Shown here: piece after piece, positions 33,761 through 40,049 of the stretch
How positions within the stretch are numbered: position 1 is the first letter of the stretch
Layout of the letters: the number at the start of each line of letters is the position of its first letter
IMG/VR virus record: IMGVR_UViG_3300008255_000230
Span: 1-40,049 of that record
Direction: 5' to 3' (one strand)
DNA length: 40,049 nt
Origin: a virus
Taxonomy: Duplodnaviria; Caudoviricetes
Notes under the pieces: generated by a model
Databases searched by the model: none
Seen by the model: only the letters and a program-made list of their open reading frames with translations
Told to the model about the DNA's origin: nothing
Position numbers and translations under genes: made by a program

Positions 33761-35904
33761 TGGGTAATATAAACACTGAAATTATGCTACGGGATCTCCT
33801 GAATCCCCCACAGCAACCTGACCCACTAAAAGTTTATAGGGCCCAACAAGCGGCATTAGCCGCACGAGCTCCAGTAGCCCCTCAGGAGAATACTTGGAAA
33901 AGTGTGTTGACTCCTGAAAATGTTAGTAGTCTACTTTCATCTTTTGGAGGAAACAGACAACGGGAGCTACAAAGACCTGAGAGTTCTCCCAGGATAGGTG
34001 CATCCTACGGATTTGGTTTGCCCCCTGATGTTGTAGCTCAAATGAACAGGGACTTTAATGACCGCGCTCAGAAAGCTAATGAGTTGAAGCAGGTAGAGCT
34101 AGAGCGGATTAGCAAAGAGACTGAGATGGAGAAAGAACGGAAGCAGGCAATTGATTTGGAGAAGCTCCGTCAGAAGAATGCTAAAGATTTACAGGAATTA
34201 GGTATTGCTGCACAGCAATCATCTGATATGAAAAGTGAGCGTGGAGCTGATAGGAGAGCTGCGGTTGGCGCTCTAGCTTCACTTGAGCAATCTAGACAAA
34301 ATGACATCGCAGCGAGTAATAGAATAGCAGAGAGTGCTAAAGCTCAAGTGGGAGCTGCGAAGGAGATTGATGCGTATACTCAAGGTACTCCTGCCGGAAA
34401 GTCTGCGCAGCAAGAAGCTCAAAACAAAAATGAAGCGGATACACTAGCTCTAGTCAATGCCTATATAGGAAGTGGTGATCCAGATAAAGCACTAGAGGTA
34501 CTCACTAGATTTAACGAAGAAGGTTTTAAGCCAGACGAAAATGGATATGTTCCAAACACTAAAGACGTTAGTAACAATGGACAAATTAACACAGCAGGTG
34601 GGGTTATGGTTATTAGTCCATCAGGAGTAGTTCCTGAGTACTTAGGTGAGCTAGGAAAAGAAGTGGCGAGGGCTGGTAAAGCCACTGTAGCGCAAGGAGA
34701 ACAGCTATATACTCTAGCCTTATCTGAGCATAAGAGGATAGCCGCGACACAAATTCCTAACTTTGAAAATCTTACAGGTACACAACAAACTGTCTTAGGT
34801 GACCTTGTGTATCAAACAGGCTCCGCGGTTGGCTGGATTAAAGATGCTGCTAAGTTAATGGAGAATGGAGATAATGAGAAAGCTGGACAGTTAATTCTAG
34901 CCAGGGCTGTTAGCTCCACTAATCCTAGTATAAATAATGGACTTAGGAATAGAGCATCAAGACTTGTTCAATTACTAACAATGGAGACTAACCAACGAAT
35001 TGCTAACTATCAAAGTGCTGTAAACCAAGCAGCAGACAATTACCTAAACCTTCAAAGGGAGGGTACTCTTCCGATAAGTGATGTTACTGGTGTAGAACTG
35101 ACTGTAGAGGAATATACCAATCGTTATATAAATAATATTAAGGGAAAGAGTACTCCAGCTCCGGCTCCAACTGGGAAGGTCGTAAATGTTAGTCCAGAAG
35201 AAATGATTGGGTCCTCTTTTGCACCTAGTGGTGCTGCTGCACCTAGTGGAGCTGCTCCAAAGGCTGGTTCAACTATTGAACCGCCAACTGCTCCAACTAC
35301 TCCGACTGCTCAACTTTCAGGTATTGAATTTCTAAAAGCTGAAAGAGCTAGAAAAATAGATAGAATTACTAAAGCGGCTGTATCTGTAGGTGGAGTTGTA
35401 GAAGAAGTAGCAGATTGGGCGAGTAAAGCGGCTTTATTCTCATACGCTAAGGACCATACGGATCTAGTTATCTCTGGACTCGTTGGGAATGAATGGGTAA
35501 CTGTCGAAGATGCAGAGAAAGAGGGTATTGACGTTTACACTCTTATAGTTAACAGCAGTGATCTAAGGCTCAAATCAAATGACAGAGACGTTAGGAGAAT
35601 TAAAGGGAGTTTTAGGAGACTAAGAGGTTCAACTGCTGCACCTAGTCTTATTGCTGCACCTAGTTCTATTGCTGTAACTACTGACAAAAATATTCCATCT
35701 AGTAGTTCTAACTTATCTATTACTCCCCAACCTAGTAAGAATAGTCTACTTAGACTGATGATGGATATAAGGACAAATAAGAGAAGTGTTAATGTCACTT
35801 TAGGTGATTCTACCGTAACTTATACTCCTGAGATAATTACTCAAATGGGTGCAGGCTTTACTGATATAATCCGTAAGGCAGAAAAAGTAGAAGTGCTTAA
35901 ATAA
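33760..35904 (+). CDS. ejection protein with GH24 lysozyme-like domain
   Basis: EEGF...D...TAGG and LTGTQQTVLGDLVYQTG...GDNEKA...GLRNRA motifs within a coiled-coil, Pro/Ala-rich protein. Confidence 0.65.
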   Translation: MGNINTEIMLRDLLNPPQQPDPLKVYRAQQAALAARAPVAPQENTWKSVLTPENVSSLLSSFGGNRQRELQRPESSPRIGASYGFGLPPDVVAQMNRDFNDRAQKANELKQVELERISKETEMEKERKQAIDLEKLRQKNAKDLQELGIAAQQSSDMKSERGADRRAAVGALASLEQSRQNDIAASNRIAESAKAQVGAAKEIDAYTQGTPAGKSAQQEAQNKNEADTLALVNAYIGSGDPDKALEVLTRFNEEGFKPDENGYVPNTKDVSNNGQINTAGGVMVISPSGVVPEYLGELGKEVARAGKATVAQGEQLYTLALSEHKRIAATQIPNFENLTGTQQTVLGDLVYQTGSAVGWIKDAAKLMENGDNEKAGQLILARAVSSTNPSINNGLRNRASRLVQLLTMETNQRIANYQSAVNQAADNYLNLQREGTLPISDVTGVELTVEEYTNRYINNIKGKSTPAPAPTGKVVNVSPEEMIGSSFAPSGAAAPSGAAPKAGSTIEPPTAPTTPTAQLSGIEFLKAERARKIDRITKAAVSVGGVVEEVADWASKAALFSYAKDHTDLVISGLVGNEWVTVEDAEKEGIDVYTLIVNSSDLRLKSNDRDVRRIKGSFRRLRGSTAAPSLIAAPSSIAVTTDKNIPSSSSNLSITPQPSKNSLLRLMMDIRTNKRSVNVTLGDSTVTYTPEIITQMGAGFTDIIRKAEKVEVLK

Positions 35905-35915
35905 GGATACTGATA

Positions 35916-38900
35916 ATGCCATCTTACTATATGGAAGATACAGACACTACACTAAACTTTCCTGATGCTACATCTAAGGAGAGTATAATTAAGTATGTGA
36001 ATAACAAGTATCCTACTCATATTGATTATTTAAAGCAGAAGTACGCTCCTCCGCCACCAGAGTCAGCTGGAGTAGTCCGTTCCTTTGGGCGTGGAATAGT
36101 TGCTGGTGGCGCAGGGATTGTTAGGGATCTCGGAACATTGATTAGGGTGACAGCTCCGTATGATATAACAACTCCGATTGGAATGATCCAAGCTCCATTT
36201 ATAAGATCATATAAGGATAGACTTCATAATAAGGTTGGCCAATACCTTGAGGATAAAGGAACAGAGTGGGCGGCCAACTTCAATATGAACCCAGAGGACT
36301 CTTCTTCTCTAATTGATATGTATAGGAAAGAAGGACTTAAGTCAGCACTAAAACATGGTTTTGACCCAACTAGAGTTGCGTATCAAATTGGTGAGGTACT
36401 CCCATTTGTTGCTTCTCTTCTAATACCTGAGGCGGCAATAACCAAAGTAGCAACAGTGTCTAGAGCGGCTAAACTTGCTGAGGGTGGACTCACCGCTACG
36501 AAGGCACTAAAGCAGATTAAAGCCATTCGTATGATTACCGGTGGAGTTATTGATGGCTCCCTAGAAGCTACAGGGGTCTACAGGGAAGCAGAAGAGGCAG
36601 GTGGAACTGAGTTACAGAAACAAGCTGCATTCCTAGGATCAGCAATCTGGATAGGTCTGTTAAATACAATATCTTTTGAATACGCTGCTGGGCCACTGAT
36701 AAACAAGATAGGGATTAAAGAACTTGTTAATAAGTCAACAACTATTAATCAGAAAATGATTAGAATGTTAGGGGCAAGTGGATTAGAGGGATTAACTGAG
36801 TGGTTAGAAGAAGCAGGGAGCACTGCCGCACTTCAGGCTGCTGGATTCCCTCAAGACTTTCCAGAAAAATTAAAGCAGGCCGCAGATGTTATTATACCAT
36901 CTATGTTGAGCGCTAGTCTGCTTAGTGGAATTGGATCACTTGGTGGGAATGAATCTGAGGTGAGGAAAGAGCTTGAGGATCTAAAGGCTAAAGCAGTGTC
37001 CGAAGGATTGCAGATGTCCAAACATCTGTCATCCCGTATGAGTAAGGATATGCTAGACTCCTTCTTGAAGTATGATAAGAAGGAGAGTGATAAACCGCTT
37101 AAGGCTGCACAGCGTAGGATTAGAAATATTGGGGTTATCCACGAAGATGATATTCCCCTTGTAGCTGCTCGGGTAGAAGAGTTTAAGAAGGCTGAGATTA
37201 AACGCGCTAACGATGAGAATAGACCAATCCCTGATTTCAGCAAAGATACCTTTCACGCTGCTACTGAACTTGAGATGATGTTAAAGATAAAAGAGAAGAG
37301 TAAGGTGAGAATTCTGAGAGAGGAGGACATTGTTCTTACACCTGAACAGAGGGAGGAACTAGCAACTGGTTTAGTACATGCATTTGGTGAGGAGACTAAA
37401 GGTAGTGATGTTAAAGGTGTTACTCTGACTGATCCAATGGCGAAAGATATTGCTGTTGGGATGTTTGAACAGGTTCTTAGGAATAGAGCTATCTCTAGTG
37501 GAACTACTGTGAAAGAGGAGATGGAGAATATCGCTGGCTTTTTGACGGGTGGAGAAGCACTTCCTGATAACTTCTTTGAAGTTGGAGAGACCTTGAATCA
37601 GGAAACAGTTGGGGATGAGCTAACTTCTTTTCTTGTAAAAACCTATAATGAGAAAATAACCTCGCAAGGCTTATTACCAGAATATGGTGCAAAGAAGGGT
37701 GTTGGTAATAGTGTAGAGTTTAGCTCTGGATCAGTTGTTGGAACAATAGATATTACTAAGGGAAAGGTTAAAGGTGATGTTATTGGTGAATTTTCTGATG
37801 CAACTAACAATATTAAATTTATGTATACTGGAGTACGATTACGTAAGGCTGACGCAATTAATGTGAATGTTAATGGAATATCAATGAGTCTTAACTCTTT
37901 CATTTTCAAAACAAGGCGCAGTACAAATGATGCGTTCAAAGCAGCTGAAAAAGCTGCATATATGCTAAGGGATAATGTTAATTTATCTCACAGCCTAAAG
38001 TTAACTAAAAATACTTTCTCAAAAGAAGTACCAATGGATGTACAAAACTTTGTAAATACTCTAACTGAAGGTTTTGGAATATCTGGAATAAGGGTTATGT
38101 CTGATGCTGCTGATATTGGTGATATGTCGTATGAAGAGTATCTTACAAGTTCACTTGTATCAGATAGTGCTAGATCAGAGATAAGAGGGATATTGAAAGG
38201 AACCGCAGGCGGTTCTGCCATTTTTACTAAAACTAACGCGATTGCCTTTAAGGGTATAATATATAAAAAGGGTCTTCCTAAGGCTAATATTATGGAAACA
38301 TTAGTCCATGAGGTAGGACATCATATTTTGTGGAGTCTACTTGAAAAAAGAGTAGATGATCCAATTTATAAAGCTATTGATAAAGACTACAAGGATTGGA
38401 AGAAAGGAGTACTTAGTAACTTAAAACGATTAACTAAGGAAGAGTTTTTTGCTGAATACGAAGGTGTTTTTGGCATAGGCTTAAGGGAGGATGAATGGGA
38501 TCTTTTCTCACACTACTCTAGTAAGGAACGAATCTACCTTTTGAATAAAGAAGAATGGTTTGCTAGTCAAGTAGTTCGTTGGTCACAGACACAGCAGGTG
38601 CCAAAAACAGTGGTAGAGAAGTTCTTCTCTGAGATAGCTGATGCTTTGAACGAACTACTAGGGCGTAGGAATAATGTGTTACCGGTGAAGAGTGTTGAGA
38701 CATTCTTAAATGAAGTTTTTTCTGACACTAAGGTTAAAGAAACCCTTCACAGCTTTCTCTCAAAAGAGGGTGGTCCTCTGCTCCAGACAGAGGTGAAAAG
38801 TGGAGTTCCGAAAGGTTCTATCAGCTCTGTGCATATTGGCTCTGCGGATGGACCAATGAAGTATTTGTTTAGAGGACTAAATGCGCCAGACCTAAGTACA

Positions 38901-40049
38901 GCGCTACATGAGCTCACACACTTTGCAATCTTAACCTCATCCCCAAAACTGAGGGAGTTAATCGAAGAGAGGTTGAGCAAAAGTCCTGCGTTCAAGAGAC
39001 ATGGTGGGAAAAGGGAGATTGTGAACTGGACACGAGAACAGCATGAGTATGCGGCTAAGATGGGAGAAGCTTACTTTATTACAAGAAAGCTTGGGGATAA
39101 AAAGCTTGAGAGCATGTTCGAGGTTATTAGGCAGAAATTGGGGAAGATTTACAAGAATGGTGTGAAAGGTATTCTGGGGAAAGACGCATATAATGTTGAG
39201 CTGGAACCAATGTTTGATGCTATCTTCTTTGGTACTGGTGCAGCTGATGTTATGAAAAACCACGCAATTGCTATTGGAGAATTGTATCAGGGCCAAGAAG
39301 GGGGTGGGAGAAAAAGAACTCTGACTGCTACCGGACGTGAGAGGTATCATGATGTTAGAGAGTTAGATGATTCTGATATTGAGGACTGGGTTGTTCAGGA
39401 GCAAAACATCTTGAAGAGCGCAGAGAGGGTTGATAGAATGGCCAGGCGGTTTAAGAGTGGTCAAACTCCTCTTCCTTATGAAATGATGGCCGCAGCAACT
39501 ATTATTGACATGGACGTACAATTTATGGAAGGACTAATAGGTAGTAATATTAGTCAAGATGTGCTAGATGCACATGCTAGGTTTAGGGAAATGCAGCAGG
39601 GTGGACTGAAACAAGCTAGTGAGGCAGGAAGGAACCTGTATGCACTAAAGCTCCATCATGCTCACGCCTATTTGGCAGAGGCCTATCAAGCTGGTGTTAT
39701 GACAGAAGATGAAGTACGCTCAATGGAGATGATGCATGAATTATCTTTGTATCAGATACAAGATCTTGCGAATAAGATTAAGGATAGATACTCAGTTATT
39801 AAGAAAAAAGCCCTTAGTGGTCTATCCCTATCTGAAGTATTCGTAAGTGCTTGGTATAACTCAATCCTGATTAACCCAGGAATTCAGGTTGGTAACATAG
39901 TGAGTAATGTAGCACAAGCCTCTTATATAATTGGGCACAGACTTGTACTATCTACTCTAGATTATGCAGGCCATAAAGTACTTGGTACAAAGAGACAGTA
40001 TGCGTTTGGTGAAGCCTCTAGATTGGCTAAAGAGTTAGGACTTGGTCTA
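35916..40049 (+). CDS. giant ejection / polyvalent protein (partial, at least 1378 aa) with two HExxH motifs
   Basis: Not in the ORF track (no stop in window). ATG 35916 after AAGGA; in-frame TLVHEVGHH (38307) and STALHELTH (38907); frame spot-checked open to the last base (RLAKELGLGL). Confidence 0.85.
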   Translation, partial: MPSYYMEDTDTTLNFPDATSKESIIKYVNNKYPTHIDYLKQKYAPPPPESAGVVRSFGRGIVAGGAGIVRDLGTLIRVTAPYDITTPIGMIQAPFIRSYKDRLHNKVGQYLEDKGTEWAANFNMNPEDSSSLIDMYRKEGLKSALKHGFDPTRVAYQIGEVLPFVASLLIPEAAITKVATVSRAAKLAEGGLTATKALKQIKAIRMITGGVIDGSLEATGVYREAEEAGGTELQKQAAFLGSAIWIGLLNTISFEYAAGPLINKIGIKELVNKSTTINQKMIRMLGASGLEGLTEWLEEAGSTAALQAAGFPQDFPEKLKQAADVIIPSMLSASLLSGIGSLGGNESEVRKELEDLKAKAVSEGLQMSKHLSSRMSKDMLDSFLKYDKKESDKPLKAAQRRIRNIGVIHEDDIPLVAARVEEFKKAEIKRANDENRPIPDFSKDTFHAATELEMMLKIKEKSKVRILREEDIVLTPEQREELATGLVHAFGEETKGSDVKGVTLTDPMAKDIAVGMFEQVLRNRAISSGTTVKEEMENIAGFLTGGEALPDNFFEVGETLNQETVGDELTSFLVKTYNEKITSQGLLPEYGAKKGVGNSVEFSSGSVVGTIDITKGKVKGDVIGEFSDATNNIKFMYTGVRLRKADAINVNVNGISMSLNSFIFKTRRSTNDAFKAAEKAAYMLRDNVNLSHSLKLTKNTFSKEVPMDVQNFVNTLTEGFGISGIRVMSDAADIGDMSYEEYLTSSLVSDSARSEIRGILKGTAGGSAIFTKTNAIAFKGIIYKKGLPKANIMETLVHEVGHHILWSLLEKRVDDPIYKAIDKDYKDWKKGVLSNLKRLTKEEFFAEYEGVFGIGLREDEWDLFSHYSSKERIYLLNKEEWFASQVVRWSQTQQVPKTVVEKFFSEIADALNELLGRRNNVLPVKSVETFLNEVFSDTKVKETLHSFLSKEGGPLLQTEVKSGVPKGSISSVHIGSADGPMKYLFRGLNAPDLSTALHELTHFAILTSSPKLRELIEERLSKSPAFKRHGGKREIVNWTREQHEYAAKMGEAYFITRKLGDKKLESMFEVIRQKLGKIYKNGVKGILGKDAYNVELEPMFDAIFFGTGAADVMKNHAIAIGELYQGQEGGGRKRTLTATGRERYHDVRELDDSDIEDWVVQEQNILKSAERVDRMARRFKSGQTPLPYEMMAAATIIDMDVQFMEGLIGSNISQDVLDAHARFREMQQGGLKQASEAGRNLYALKLHHAHAYLAEAYQAGVMTEDEVRSMEMMHELSLYQIQDLANKIKDRYSVIKKKALSGLSLSEVFVSAWYNSILINPGIQVGNIVSNVAQASYIIGHRLVLSTLDYAGHKVLGTKRQYAFGEASRLAKELGLGL

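Noticed and set aside
14907-39350. Minus-strand ORFs across the right arm (e.g. 16350..16937, 23288..23773, 24823..25401, 36851..37243)
   Set aside because: Antisense shadows of well-supported plus-strand genes.
1-40049. Stop-codon reassignment
   Set aside because: Long genes are intact in the standard code, and TAA, TAG and TGA all end coupled genes.

Overview
This window is a ~40 kb segment of a dsDNA tailed phage, most likely podovirus-like, with two divergent arms. The left arm (1-11161, minus strand) is a dense run of small early genes. It includes a partial ParB-domain gene, a DUF6378-like protein, an internally deleted phage Dam methyltransferase pseudogene, and a recombination module (Cas4/AddB-like Fe-S nuclease, AAA_24/Sak4-like ATPase, SSB-like protein). 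A largely non-coding hinge (11200-14360) holds near-consensus sigma70 promoters, many 3-nt-loop mini-hairpins, a ~280-nt multi-stem fold, a large imperfect inverted repeat, several tandem arrays and a two-gene plus-strand operon. The right arm (14366-end, plus strand) is morphogenetic: TerS, amidase endolysin, TerL, tail fibre, lipoprotein and holin-like genes, portal, scaffold, DUF5309/SU10-type major capsid, tail adaptor and nozzle, a GNAT-like protein, and ejection proteins (S74 chaperone, GH24-like lysozyme, a giant double-HExxH protein running off the window). The least explained signal is the hairpin and motif system in the hinge and in front of early-gene ribosome-binding sites. All calls come from reading motifs by eye; no database search or folding program was run.
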